A stretch of 64,000 bases of DNA from Rhodosorus marinus CCMP1338 (lineage: Eukaryota; Plantae; Rhodophyta), in contig JAMWBK010000009.1 in NCBI GenBank assembly GCA_029953675.1, forward strand, positions 1,488,001 to 1,552,000. The letters run 5' to 3'. How positions within the stretch are numbered: position 1 is the stretch's first letter; every line of letters begins with the position of its first letter. The notes beneath the pieces are model-generated. The model saw nothing but the letters and a program-made list of their open reading frames with translations. It did not search any database and had not been told where the DNA came from. Made by a program: the position numbers and the translations under genes. This document shows, in pieces, positions 11,648 to 24,265 of the stretch.

Positions 11648-13068
11648 CGAGTCTTTGCGTACGCCCGAGGTCGGAAGAGTATCTGCATCCTGGTGCCATG
11701 CTGTCTGTATTAGCTTTCTTCTACTCATTGTAGCCCCATGTATGAACTAACTATTAACTCCCTAAGCGACACTCCTTTTCGCGCTATCTCACATCTTCCG
11801 CGACCCTTGTTGGGGTCAATCGAGTGGGGTAGATGCTGGTCTATGGTAGAACATGCCACAGGTGACTGGATCCACTTGGTTTATTTTTGTTCGCTTACTA
11901 AATCAGGTCCAATATGTCAGTGCTCGTTGCTTCGATTGCTAACAACGGTGGAGCGCTGCATAACACAGTGCCCAAACGGTCATGGACGACCAACAACAGA
12001 ACCTCACACGCTGCTAGACTAATTTTAAAAACTATTCATCAATAAGACAAACTTGATTGGACCATGTCTGCGCCTCCATATCCAATCCAAACTCGTTAAA
12101 ATATTGGATTCAAAGATGTTACAATAATAGCCGAAAAGAAAATCATGAATATAATTAGATTTCTGATTAGAAATGCTCAGTAAACTCCCCCATTGGTCAA
12201 TTGGAATCGTTTCATCTTAATTGCAAACGAAGTTCAACTCTAAGAAAGTTCGAAAAAATACGTATTCACGATGGAGTTGCGACGGAGTATTTTCTAATGA
12301 ATTCAATCTTCTCTTGGACAGGCTGTCCTATCCATCTCCTGTTCTGGAAGTGCTAAGACGAGAACGTACCGGGAGAACTCGTGGAGGTTTCGCGAGCTTT
12401 TCCGAGCAGTACGGATGTGAAGGTAAAACTCTCCGCACCCTTGTATAAAAACACGTTAACTCTCTAACCAAATTTCGATCTGATGTGCGATTCGGGTCAC
12501 ATCTGTTGAACATTCAGATATGAGAGGAAACGCGGATAGGTCCAACGCAGTGCAGACGAGTACGAAAGCTCCCCTCCTTAACTCCGCGCAGTTTGAATTT
12601 TATTCCCACTCTCCCCCCTCCCTCTTCTTTTTTTTGGTTTTGGTTTCGAATGCTAAACTACTGAGAGATACTCTGAAAGAGTCCAGATCCTTCCAGCCTA
12701 ACCAACCCTGCGGAGGTGAGCCAACCGGAAAAAGAGAAACCCGCTTGGGTAGTAGAGTTTTGCTTGGTCACTGTAACTGTGATTTTACTTACAAAGCCGC
12801 TCCCGTCAGATCTTTTCCACAACTATACTCTTCAGATAGTTTAGGAAACGTCCTAGGAACCTTTCGAATTCTATGTAATCCTTCCTACGTTTACCAAACC
12901 ACATGTGCACAAGATTGACAATGACCGATGAGCGTGTACGGATTGGCATAAAGACCGTTGTGATTGATGTTGAGATCATTGATGAGAGCTGGGTCTAGAT
13001 AAGAAAGGGTGCCAAAGAGGCAGTTGGTAGTGGAGAAGGTTTGCTATTTGGTGATACTAGAATAAGGT

Positions 13069-13982
13069 ATGGCGTTTGTTGCGAGTTCTCCGTTTCTCGG
13101 AGCTGTGCTTGGGGGTGGAGGTGTGCGGAGGGCTGCTGCTATCGGTAGGAATCGAATGGTGACAACGGCTGCTCTCAAACTGTACGTGAAGGCTGGCGAG
13201 AATGGAGAGGAGTTAGGCGATTGTCCGTTTTCGCACAAGGCGATATTGATGATGAGCGCGAAAAAACTGGATTACGAGTTGGAATTGATCAACCTGTCTA
13301 GCAAGCCCGATTGGTGCGTACCCTTATTAAAAATCGATGTGCAAGCTTTTTGGGAGCCTGACTTTTCTGTGTTTTCATATTCTGTCCCGTGTGCTCAGGT
13401 ATCTCGAGCTGAATAAAACCGGAACTGTTCCTACTTTGGTGGATGGAGAAGAGATTGTTGATGATTCGGAAGGTATCCTGAAGTACGTCGAGGAGAAATT
13501 CCCAGAACCTCCGCTGCTTGTTGAGGATGCAGCCGCTTCGGAAGCAATTGCTCCAGTCTTCGGTGCGTTTGCGGGCTTTGTTAAGAACAAGGACCCCGAA
13601 AAGGAAGAAGAGCTGAAGGTGGTATTCGAGACCGCGCTTGACGGTCTGGATGCCCACCTGAAAGTAAGAAATGCACAGCAGCAAACGGAAAACTTTGATA
13701 CCGTCCCCAGTGCTGAAGCTTCGAGTTGCGTTCGTCCTTTGAATGAATCAGGAAAACGGCCCTTACGTCTCTGGGGAAGCGCTGAGCACCTTGGACTTCA
13801 ACCTCGCTCCAAAACTGTGGCACGCAAAGCACGCTCTGGCACACTACAAGGAGTATGAATTCCCAGAAAAGTTCGGCTCCGTGAACAAGTACATGGATAC
13901 CCTATTCTCTAGCGACGTTTTCAAGAAAACGTTGTATCCACCTGAGACCGTCGTTTGGGGATGGTCAAAATTCTTCAAGTAA
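13069..13982 (+). CDS. DHAR: Dehydroascorbate reductase (GST/CLIC family), plastid-targeted, 3 exons
   Basis: MAFVASSPF transit peptide, LGDCPFS active site, KPDW|YLELN..GTVP across intron 1, DFNLAPKL.H, and VVWGWSK at the C-terminus. Confidence 0.92.
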
Positions 13983-14153
13983 AATTTAGTCTTTCAATCA
14001 CAGGACAATCTCGCCGCCAAGTCAGACTCTCTTCGGCACAGCAGTAGTATGTTTCTACGGAAGCCGTGGGTGCTCCTGTCTGACTTTGTTTTGAACAACC
14101 TGATTGGGCTCCAATCGATGTCGCAATCACGCCGATAAGGAACCGATGCGTAG

Positions 14154-14656
14154 CTATGTGAACCTGACGACTACTCCCCCTTGTACAGTTCAGTAACCGC
14201 GTGAACCGAGAAGGTTGAGCAGATTCAAATTCGGCGTTTGCTTTTCTTACGGATTCCTTGGACTGGCAAAACGTTATTGACAACGTGTAGACCGGACTGG
14301 ACTTCTACAGATGTCTTGTCACACGCGGAAACAGCAAGCAAGGCCTTTCTTTCCCGATTTTTCAGCTGGTGTGGTTACTCGAGCAGAGAGAAAACACGAA
14401 TTGTATGTACAATGTACCCCAATGTTTCCTGCGAGATCATCAAGCTGAGTGATCGACACCCAAACTCCTGAGATTCTTGTACAAGCTACAAGCGATCCCA
14501 GTATACAACAATCAACCGCGGAGACCTTGTTGCTCTACTTCGGGATCTTCAACTGAAAACTCGTTGCGGGGGTTGTGTCTCCTGAGCTCCCAAACTACCT
14601 ACCAGAGCTCCACTAAACAAGCTAAAATCAGATGCAACCAGTTCTTCAATGGTCAT
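14154..14656 (-). CDS. Candidate small 4-exon hypothetical protein (about 100 aa)
   Basis: Three GT-AG introns join an open frame: MTIEELVASDFSLFSGAL|VSAVDCC..LAGNIG|LKNRERKALLAVSAC..VQGI|RGVVVRFT*. The gene is divergent from the methyltransferase. Confidence 0.35.
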
Positions 14657-15092
14657 TCTCTCAACGGCCCAAGCACGATCCCCTCCAAAATCAGTAACCT
14701 CACAAACCACAATTCCTACCCCCCGCCCCACGACCATAAACCTTAAATTAATTTTGTTAATTCAGTGTTTTCGTTGTCCCCCTCCCTCTTCGTTTTATGG
14801 GACAGTAACGCATTGTCCCACAAGAAATGGGACAAAGAAAATACTGAAACCAGAGAACCGAAAAGAGGTGAAAAAGTTTTTTCAAAATTGTTTTTGTATT
14901 GTTTGTTAAAACAGAGCTTGGGTTTGGGTGTAATTGATCGATGGGGACTGGACTGTAGGTAGTGCTAGGGTTGGGAGCGGCTGGTGGGTTACTACGGAGC
15001 AGATGTTGTGAAGTTAGTTTCGTATTACTTTTGCACGTGTTTGAGAGAGTTTTGGAGTAGACGATCTGTTTGGTAGAGGGAAGAAGAAAACG

Positions 15093-16399
15093 ATGAATAT
15101 GGCTAGTGCTTTGCTGGAGACGAACTCTGTTCCGGATTGGATGCTCAGGGCAGGAATTCGAAGGTTGCTTGGGCAGAGGTTGGAAATGGAGAAGCACCGA
15201 TCGAGGAATCCAGAGTATAAGTGGTCATTTATGGAGGAACTGCGTAAGCTGGATATTGCTGTACAGACGGATTCTGCGAACGAGCAGCATTATGAAGTCC
15301 CCACTGAGTTTTATTTGTTGGTGCTGGGCCCTTGCTTAAAATACTCCTCGTGCTACTTTCCAAATCCCTCGACCACCTTGGAAGAAGCCGAAGAGGAAAT
15401 GCTTCTGAAAACTGTACAGAGAGGGGATCTCAAGGATGGAATGGATGTCTTAGATTTGGGATGCGGGTGGGGATCTTTGACTCTGTACATTGCAAAGAAC
15501 TATCCAAAGTGTAAGATCACTTCCGTTTCAAACTCCTGGACGCAGAAAAAGCACATCGATAGTATTTGTAAAGAAAGAAACTACAAAAACGTACGAGTGG
15601 AGACTGCAGATGTCAATTCGGTACGAGCAACCCGCACACACAAAGATCTCGAACTGTGCGAAACGAGGTGAGCGGGACTTAAATAATATTTTGTTTCTCC
15701 GTACAAAGTGGACCACAAAATCCCGATTCGACAGGGCGTTCTCAATTGAGATGTTCGAGCATATGAAAAACTATGAAAAGCTGATGCAGAAGGTCGCCAG
15801 CTGCTTGAAAACGAACGGCAAGCTTTTTGTACACTACTTCTGTCATCGAGAGTATATTTATCATTTTGAATCTGACGGACCATCCAACTGGATGGGCAAG
15901 TACTTCTTTAGCGGAGGAACGATGCCATCTGATGACACACTGCTGTACTTTCAAGTGAGCCCCCCTTTTTCTGAGTTACCTCCTCCATTTTCCCGAGATT
16001 CAGAGCAAGAAATGCTTACCGATTCCGCCACTACCGTTGTCACCTGGAACCCTCACACAGAAACACCTCGCTCATGAGAACACTTGGAAAGTGAACGGAA
16101 ACCATTACTCAAGAACGCTTGAGGCATGGCTTCAATTAATGGACAAGAACATAGGTCAGGTACGGCCGACCCTAGTCACGGCTTATGGCCACGACAGCGC
16201 TATCAAATTCGAGGTAAGGATCGTGATGACGCTTGCTGAGCCCTGTCGCCTGACCTCAGCTGATCGGACCTGGATTGTGAATCCACTTTATCCGAGATAG
16301 GCCTACTGGAGAACTTTCTTCATCGCTTGCTCGGAGTTGTTCAAGTACAATGACGGTTTCGAGTGGTATGTAGTCCATCACGTGTTTGTGAAGAGATAG
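15093..16399 (+). CDS. SAM-dependent methyltransferase, CMAS/coclaurine N-methyltransferase-like, 4 exons
   Basis: ANEQHYEVPTEFY..VLGP.LKYSSCYF, VLDLGCGWGSL, SIEMFEHMKNY, YFFSGGTMPS, and YWRTFFIACSELF. Confidence 0.9.
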
Positions 16400-17832
16400 A
16401 AGAGAAGCGGCAGTGCACTGGTGCGCGATGGCAATAGCGGAAAGTTGAGTTCGATTCATCCAGGTTTACATGGCTGTCTTTGGAGTCAGTTCCGGGCGTG
16501 TGTTGCGCAACGTTTTGCCAAAACGTAGCGTAATCTTCAGCAATCCTGTTGCTTGGTTGACGAATACACTCGAGAGTAGAAGTGAAACCCATCCGCGGGA
16601 ATTGCGGCCATACACTCATGTGAAGCAGGCTACTGAGCACGGGGGTGACCATCTACTGATTACATCGTTGGTACAAGTTTTGGTGAGGACCCAGTCTTCC
16701 GTTGAGAAAAAGGACGTAAATCGAGAATATCGGATTCCAAACGCGATTGATTTCACTCTGGCTGGAACTGTCTCGGGACTGTTCGCAAAGTCATTTGCTA
16801 ACAATGTGCAAGCGAGCAGTAAATTCCACCGTTATCGCCGAAGATCATTTAAATTTGGTCTTGTCACGATCATTCAAGCGGAGTCCACCGACCCACCACT
16901 CCTGCCGGATCTTTTCTTTCTAGTTTATCTCGAGAATCCGATCCTGTAGCAGTACATCAGAGACGGGATTTCTCATCACAGAACCTATTCAGCTAGAGTA
17001 ACTGCTCAATACTCCACCCTCCAGCCAAAGCTTTACGAACTGGGCGCAAAGCTGGATCCAACCACCCCCAGTGCACATTTCCCGCGAAGATCTAGACTGC
17101 AATTGGCAAACATGTGCCAGGACATTAGTCTAATACTACGCAAAAGGAAATTTTTGACAGAGGGACTTTCACAAACGTCCGGGCAGACGCCCTTCTCTAG
17201 GCTTCACGCAAGTATCTAATCCATAACGTATCTCCTCTCATATACGATCGAGAAGCTTATGTGTTCACAAACAAAGCCAATTGAAACAGAAAGCCAGTCA
17301 AAAAAAAAATCTCATCCGCAGAAAGCGTTCAGACGAGCTAAAAATCGATCCCGCACGAAAACCCAATAAAACTCTTCCCAATCTCAATCATTCCAATGTT
17401 TCCATCAATCATTATAGAACACGTCTCTAAAAGTTTCAAGAAAACAAAAGTCGACGGGGAGGAGTAATAGGTCAGTGATTTCTGAGAAAATTTCGTCACG
17501 ATGAAAAAGTATATATTGAAAAAACGAAGATAAATTTGTCTTATCAGTCAATCTATAAATTTGCAGTCGTTTTTAATTTTTTGTTTTTAAATTAATTTAG
17601 GATAGTTGTTGAGTTTTTAAAGAATTTTCTAGCTTTGGGCGATTTCTTTGGGTGAAAGAGTTTGCTCGAGGCGATGAGGTTAGTAGAGTATTAAATCGGA
17701 AGGGTTGGACGAGCATCGGCTGGTGGGAGTGGGGAGGACGAGCTAGGGCGGTGTTGACTGATTGGAATTTTGGGAAGTTATTTTCTTGCGTGGATTGCTG
17801 GAGTATATTTAGGGAGGAGTGGATAATTCAGG

Positions 17833-18645
17833 ATGGAGGAGGGGATGCATAGAGGATGGGATGGATGTTTGTTTGTGAATGTACAGTGTGTGAGGGGTGT
17901 CGCTGGGTGGAGTGAAGGATGGAGACCGTCTGCGAGGAGTAGTTGTGGTCCGAGAAGGTTGAAGTTGTCGCAGGTGGCGTACCAGCCGAAGCCTATTGAA
18001 GAAGCACACGGGAGGAACGTGGTGAGGAGAAAGATGGTTGGAAAGGATGGATCTGAAGAGGTTGAGAACGAGAAAGAAATTGTGTCATGGGGAGTTCCCG
18101 GCGGTGGGATCAGAACTAATGCGGATAACGATCAAATTTTTGAGTTTGTGGATGGTAATGGGACTACTGTGGCGCGCTTTACAGAGGTTTGAGAATAGTT
18201 TTGTAGTATCAATGTAATTAGCCTTTTTGATGGAAATAGATGAGGGTTTTGGGCATATTTTTTCTACAGATGCGCTTTGTGGAAGCAAACTACTAACTCG
18301 GCACGGGAACTCGCGGGATAAGTAAAATTCAAGCCGTTTTTTGGTAACTTGACGCGGGCTAAGTCTGTGCGCTTCATTGACAGAAGTCGGCTGAGAAACA
18401 TTGAAGCTGCTATCCAAGCTGCAAGCGATCTTCTTCTCCAGGCACATGCGCACGATACGAATGGCGTGCACCGCGGAATTCGTCCTTACAATGCAGAGTT
18501 GGCGACGAACACGCTCACAAATCTGTGTCCAAGTTACGAAGATTGCGAATTGTTTCCCGCAGTATATGTTACCAGCACAATTGAATTGACAGGCTTGGGA
18601 GAATGTTGTTCTGTCGACGCGATTTGCATGGCCCAAAGGCGATAA
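17833..18645 (+). CDS. Hypothetical protein (about 210 aa, probably 3 exons)
   Basis: Two same-frame ORFs can be joined through a short middle exon (about 18270-18321) using GT-AG introns. The N-terminus is R/S-rich and transit-like; the C-terminus is Cys-rich. No family was recognised. Confidence 0.45.
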
Positions 18646-20306
18646 AATCTGAATTCATTCATGATTGGCTTCGCACAGAATGAGGCGAAACCTACGCGCT
18701 CCCTGAGAAGGAAACATTCGCAGGCGGGAATATTTTAGACGCCGTTTTGAGCTTCGTCACTATCTCGCTCAATAGCGCCAATCCCTTTGAACACCCCGGA
18801 AAAAGGAAAGACTCCATCGCACAACCAAGGGTGGATTCCAATTTGATAGCGGGTGTCGGTTTCCAACTCCAATCATTGCACAGTTTTCCCTTTTCAGTTG
18901 AGTATGCAATTCGTTTCAGCATTTAATCCAGCAAGCGTATATCCCTGTTGGTGGTTGAAATCCGTGTATAATTTCGCACATCGTGATCATCATCATCGCG
19001 GGCGTCCCAACCATTCAACCGTTCAGCAGTGGACCAACGACCAGTCCATTCAACAGAGTGGAATAACCAAACTTACCATATCTTCAACAGCCAACCGGTG
19101 AGGAATATACTAATACATCCAGTTTTCAATTGATCTACTATCACAGAGGCCTTTTGGGTTTCCTAAGTACCAGCAACAAAAATATATTCAATTCTTCCCC
19201 GTGCGTATCTGCAAACCTCGAGCAACGACAATCATTAAAGCCGCCTCTGTGGGGTTGTGAAAAGAAGGTGATCGAGCCGTTCCGGAACAGATCAAAAAAT
19301 GATTGGGCAATCAAAACTTCAATGCAGATCATGTTAGCCAGTGAATGGACAATTACCACCAATTAATACAAAGATATTTTGAAATAGATTTACGTCTCTC
19401 AACCAATCAGCCGATCGACAAATGAAAAAAAGGTTCCTGACTTGCCAGTTTCGCTCCACCGCGCCAAAAAACAACAGCTTAACTTGATTTCTTCTGCAAC
19501 GCATTCTTATTCGTCACTTACAATTTTCTCCAATACCGATAAAAATCAATCTGTAAATAAATATACATCTTACGAATAAATACATTCACTTTCTCCAAAA
19601 AATCATGGAGTGATACTCTTTCAATCAGTACTGAGACTCTTCAGCCAACTATACATTAACAAGTACAATAGTTTCATCAATCACAGTCGGTAGTATATGA
19701 ACTGGCGCCGTTTACTCCAATCACTTCTGCGCATTTCGATATCACCCATTTTTCCCGCTCCTCCCATTCGTTGTTTCCAGAAAGATATTTTTTGCAGCAA
19801 CTACATAAAATGAATACTTCTGGAAACTACTCTAATAGCTTCTAAAATTTAAACTATACTTAATTTTGTAGGCACGTGCAACAATATAATTTGTGTAAAG
19901 ATCTCCTTTTAAATTCTATGCTCCCAGCAGAGCCACTCACGATCAAAAACTAGACAATCTCTGGATGCCGGTGAGAATGGAACTTACGTTTCATTGGCAT
20001 TCTTGGAGTAGAACTACACCGTTCAACTCTTGATTGGATAAAGGTGTAAGGATGAGAATGATATTCAGAAATATTTTTGTCTATACTTGTTTTTGTTGTT
20101 TTTTTTTTGCCTTTGAGAGATTTCTCGATGGGTGCACGTTGCTACCGTGAATGCCCTTTATGTATATATAAAGGGTTCCCTAACAACCTTCGGCTTTCCT
20201 GGAAGACTGGGTCGAGACAAGGAATAGGCAGAGAATGGAGACTGAACTGAAATAGAGTGAAAGAGTCGTTTTGAGTAGCTTTTTTAAATTCTTTTGATCT
20301 GTAGAG

Positions 20307-20717
20307 ATGGCATTCGTAGCGTCAAGTGGGTTTTTGGGATCGAAGAGAGGAGTGAACGTCAAGAGGTCGACCTGTTCACTTCGCATGACTCTGACTCGTG
20401 TGGACACGAACGTCACTGTTAACGACTCGGGAAATGTGAAGAGCATTCCGGCGGACTCTGACGTTGACCTGCGCAGGAACCTATTGGAGAATGGCGTGGA
20501 TGTTTACACGCTTGGACAGAAATTGATGAACTGCGGGGGAAACGGTGCGTGTGGATTGTGCAGAGTGAAGGTTACCGCCGGGTTGGAGAACATGAACGAG
20601 CGGACCCCGAAGGAGGACTTCCTACTGAACAAAATGGGCGCCGACAGTAACATTCGCTTGGCTTGCAGGACGATGATCGATGGGCCAGTCTCCATTGAGA
20701 CGAAGCCCAAGATATAA
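20307..20717 (+). CDS. Plastid-targeted [2Fe-2S] ferredoxin, PnsB3/NDF4-like
   Basis: MAFVASSGF transit peptide; LRRNLLENGVDVY..KLMNCGGNGACGLC ... NERT..E ... RLACR supplies four Cys ligands. Confidence 0.9.
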   Translation: MAFVASSGFLGSKRGVNVKRSTCSLRMTLTRVDTNVTVNDSGNVKSIPADSDVDLRRNLLENGVDVYTLGQKLMNCGGNGACGLCRVKVTAGLENMNERTPKEDFLLNKMGADSNIRLACRTMIDGPVSIETKPKI

Positions 20718-20866
20718 ACTAAGCCCTAAGGGTCTCTGTTGACGTTGATACTAATTGCGCAATGTAGCGCATTAACTTGGCCTTGAGTTGTACAAACTGT
20801 CGTTGAGTGGTGATGGTTGCGATTTCATAGCTTGTTAACCTGTTGCTTGAATGTTCCGCTGGGTCG

Positions 20867-21396
20867 TTATATCCCAGGGACCAAGACACTGCTCTTCCTA
20901 GGTTTCATCTGTATAGAAACTCTCTGGATGATAGAAATGGCTTTCGTAACAGCCCTAGCTTGTGTGAATCAGACTTAATAAAACACGTGTTCAATATGTA
21001 TACATATGCGGCCCATGGGAAAGCTGAAGCAGCTGTCGCGTGCGGGATTCTGTGATATCTGATTACGTCGCAGCTGTTGGGTGTTTGGCTGTGGCAGGAG
21101 AATACCAGAAGGGTTACTTCGAAGAAAGCTTCAGAATTTGAAGCTAGTTTCCGCTTGAGGAAGTCAGTCCCAATACTTCTAGTACAAGAAGCTATCTCGC
21201 AGCTACTGAGAGGGTTCTTTGACCGAATACATTCTCTTGTTTCCGTATAAATTTTCTCCTCCTTCTGAGGATATCTGACCTCTGACTGAACTCGGACTGG
21301 CGCCCTGCAGCTTGCACATGTCGAGGGGAAATTTTCTGCTCGGGACAGGCGAAGCCGGATACTACTGTACCCGCAGCGAACGTTGAACCGGAACAA
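20867..21396 (-). CDS. Possible small spliced hypothetical protein (5' end unresolved)
   Basis: Two GT-AG introns splice in frame: ..DFLKRKLASNSEAFFE|ISQNPARDSCFSFPMGRI|SRAVTKAISIIQRV..VPGI*. Confidence 0.25.
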
Positions 21397-22072
21397 ACTT
21401 TGCTAGGGCATGCGTGAATAACGTTAGTCTGGGGTTACTACCGGGATTGTTCAATCTCTGTATAGGGCCAAGCTAGTTTAAGAAAAAACCCCAAACACCA
21501 AAGTTTCTATCAAAGGTGAAGCAGCCCCAGTCCCATCCCCGAGACTTTGAACGGTAGTTCCACAGCATCTTCTGCACTACTGAGAAGCTCAACATCCATT
21601 GGCGAATACTCTCAAACGATTACGAACAATTGGATATTATGATTATATCACGTCTGTATTATCCAATTAAATACTCTAATCTGACTATTCGATACTAGTT
21701 TAAACTAAAAACCAATTACTAATCTTATACGCACTATAAGAACTATATAATTTTTTGCGCGGTTGTATTGGAAGATAACCATCTATATATGATTTTAAGA
21801 ATCTTGATTGGTTAGTTTAAGAACGGACGATCAGAGCTTTGATCCAGCAGAGTTTGAGGAAGAAGACGTCTCGGGTTGGTTTTGTTCGGGGGAGTTTGGA
21901 GCTTGTGGACTGGGGACAGGTCAGTTGTGTCTAGACCTGGATTCTATGAGTTTGGTTGTTCATTATATTTTTTATTTTGAGCAAGGGAGATGTCTAGGGC
22001 AGTAAGAGGTTGTCTGCATTTTTATTTGAATTGAATGGTTTGTTTGGTACCGACTTTTGGGGTTTTTGAGTG

Positions 22073-23911
22073 ATGAGCGTCGTTAGTTTCCGAGCGGTCT
22101 CTGGCAGACTTGGAGGGGGTCGAGTGATTCGGGGAGCTGTTCGATGCAGTCCTGGACTGTTTGTAAGGAATGGGGACTTATCGATTCAACGTCTGGGTTT
22201 CACGAGGTCGATGGCGGTTTTCTTGAAGCAAGAAAAGGCACCAGTGTGGTATAAGGAATACTACAGGAAAGCGAAAACCTGGCTTGGAGTTGAAAAGCCA
22301 AAGATCGTTGCCAAGGAAGGAGTTTTCAAGAAGGGCAGTGGGTTGAACCCGGATTTATGTTGGAGGACCAAATACCCAACGACCTTGCTGCAGTACAAGA
22401 AGAGCTTGAAGACGAGAAGCCAGGTCAGAAGAATTCGTATGAAGAATCACCGAAAATTACGGAAAAGATTGAAAGCATATGTGAGTGAGAAATCTCAACT
22501 GAACAACCCCAATACCTTGTCAAGATGGTACGAGCTAAACAGGTCGGCTACTCACCCTGCGGTTCATTCTTTCCCTGGTTAAATCGTACAGATGAAGATT
22601 CTGAAGCAGGAGAAGAAGAGGAAGGAGGCTGGAACGACTGCTCGAGGGGCAATGGACGTAGATCCTGAGTTGGTGGCGACGGAGCTACCTAGCATGTACC
22701 GCGAGAAGGATGAAAGGAAGTGGAAGCCGGCGGGCTATTACAGTTTCCCAAAGGTTCCAGGGACGCAGCAACCTCTAGCGCCTGATGATTTTGACCCTAC
22801 TGCTCCTCCCATTATGAAGCGGAAACCAATTACAAACGGAGTTAGACATGTCGCACTCATCAGCCGAGCGGGACTTTACAAAGGAAGACCTCTAAAACAG
22901 CTGACCGCTCCGCTGAAGAAAAAGGCGGGACGCTGTTCTATCACTGGAGTAAGATTGCTCCCGATCACCATTTGGCTCATCGCTTTTTAGAAGACTCCCT
23001 CCCGTTGATGAATACTGACCTTGGGATGAACCTGCCTTTTGCATCAATTAACAAATGACAGAAAATCATACAGAGGGGAAGAGGTGGTGGGTACCGGCGC
23101 CAGTATCGGATAATCGACTTCAGGAGAGCGAACCACATGGACATGGAAGGAACCATCGAACGAATCGAATATGATCCAAACCGCACGAGTTTCATATGCC
23201 TTCTAAAGCACGAAATCCCCGAGGGAAAGTACATGCCGCTGGCGAACCTTGAACAGCCGTATTCGTACATAATCTGTCCGCTGGGTGTTCGCGTGGGGTA
23301 CAAAGTAAGCGCAGCAATGCCCCAGAACTTGGCAAAGCGCGACGGAAAATTGCAACCTACTCACCGGTCAACGCTTTCTTTCGGTGTGTTCGTGACAGGT
23401 CATGTCGTCGAAGTCGAAAATTGACCCCGAGCCTGGAAATGCAATGCCTCTCAAGTTCATTCCCCAGGGAACGACTGTTCATAACATCCAATTCAATCCG
23501 GACTCTACCCAGGGGCTTGTTAGAGCTGCTGGAGGCGGTGCGACGATTATGAACCATTATCCGGATCGGGGGTTGGTATTGCTTAAGCTGCCCAGCAAAG
23601 AACAGAGATACTTCTCCGTGGATTGTATGGCCACGGTAGGAGAAGTATCGAATACCAAGCACTACAGAGAGAACTTGGGAAAGGCAGGACGTAGTAGGAA
23701 TAGGGGCAGGCGTCCAATGGTTCGGGGTGTTGCCATGAACCCGGTAGACCATCCGCATGGAGGAGGAAACGGGAAAACCTCGGGCGGGCGACCTTCAGTC
23801 TCGATTTGGGGTTGGCTTACCAAGAGCGGCCGAAAAACGCGTAACAAGAGGAAGCCAAGTTCACAACTTATTGTTATGACCAAGAGACAGGCTCGTGAAC
23901 TAATGAAATAA
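22073..23911 (+). CDS. rpl2: Mitochondrial ribosomal protein uL2m with a long basic N-terminal extension, 4 exons
   Basis: RGGGYRRQYRIIDF, IERIEYDPNRTSFICL, GNAMPL, GKAGRSR, and VRGVAMNPVDHPHGGG. Confidence 0.93.
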
Positions 23912-24265
23912 GCAAGCTGCAGCTTTCAATGTGTGGCGTTGGTTGTAGAAGAGTCTTCGCCTAACGAACCGCGCAGGCTACTTGTTCGCTGGAGAATACG
24001 TGAATAGCATATTTATTCTCGCTGCAACGGAACTGCTCTTTCACGAGCTCCAGAATGCTCGATATTGGTCCTGCTGAGGCACTGTCGTTTTTCACGTTTT
24101 GAGTTTAGTACATCCTATAGCGAGAGGCGATTTAGAGATTACGAATTTCCCTATAAAGGCTGAGGAGCTGAGGCGAAACCGGCTAGTTGTTCTGTTTTAC
24201 AAGGGTTTTTGATATGTACTGGCATGGGATCCTTGCTAGATCCTCCAAAGCTCTGAACCCTTTCA

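Noticed and set aside
16470-16949. 159-aa plus-strand ORF just after the methyltransferase
   Set aside because: It starts only 70 nt after the upstream stop, has no recognisable motif, and has competing minus-strand frames; it is left unresolved.
22073-22800. Long N-terminal extension of uL2
   Set aside because: Extensions are common in mitoribosomal proteins, so this is not distinctive.
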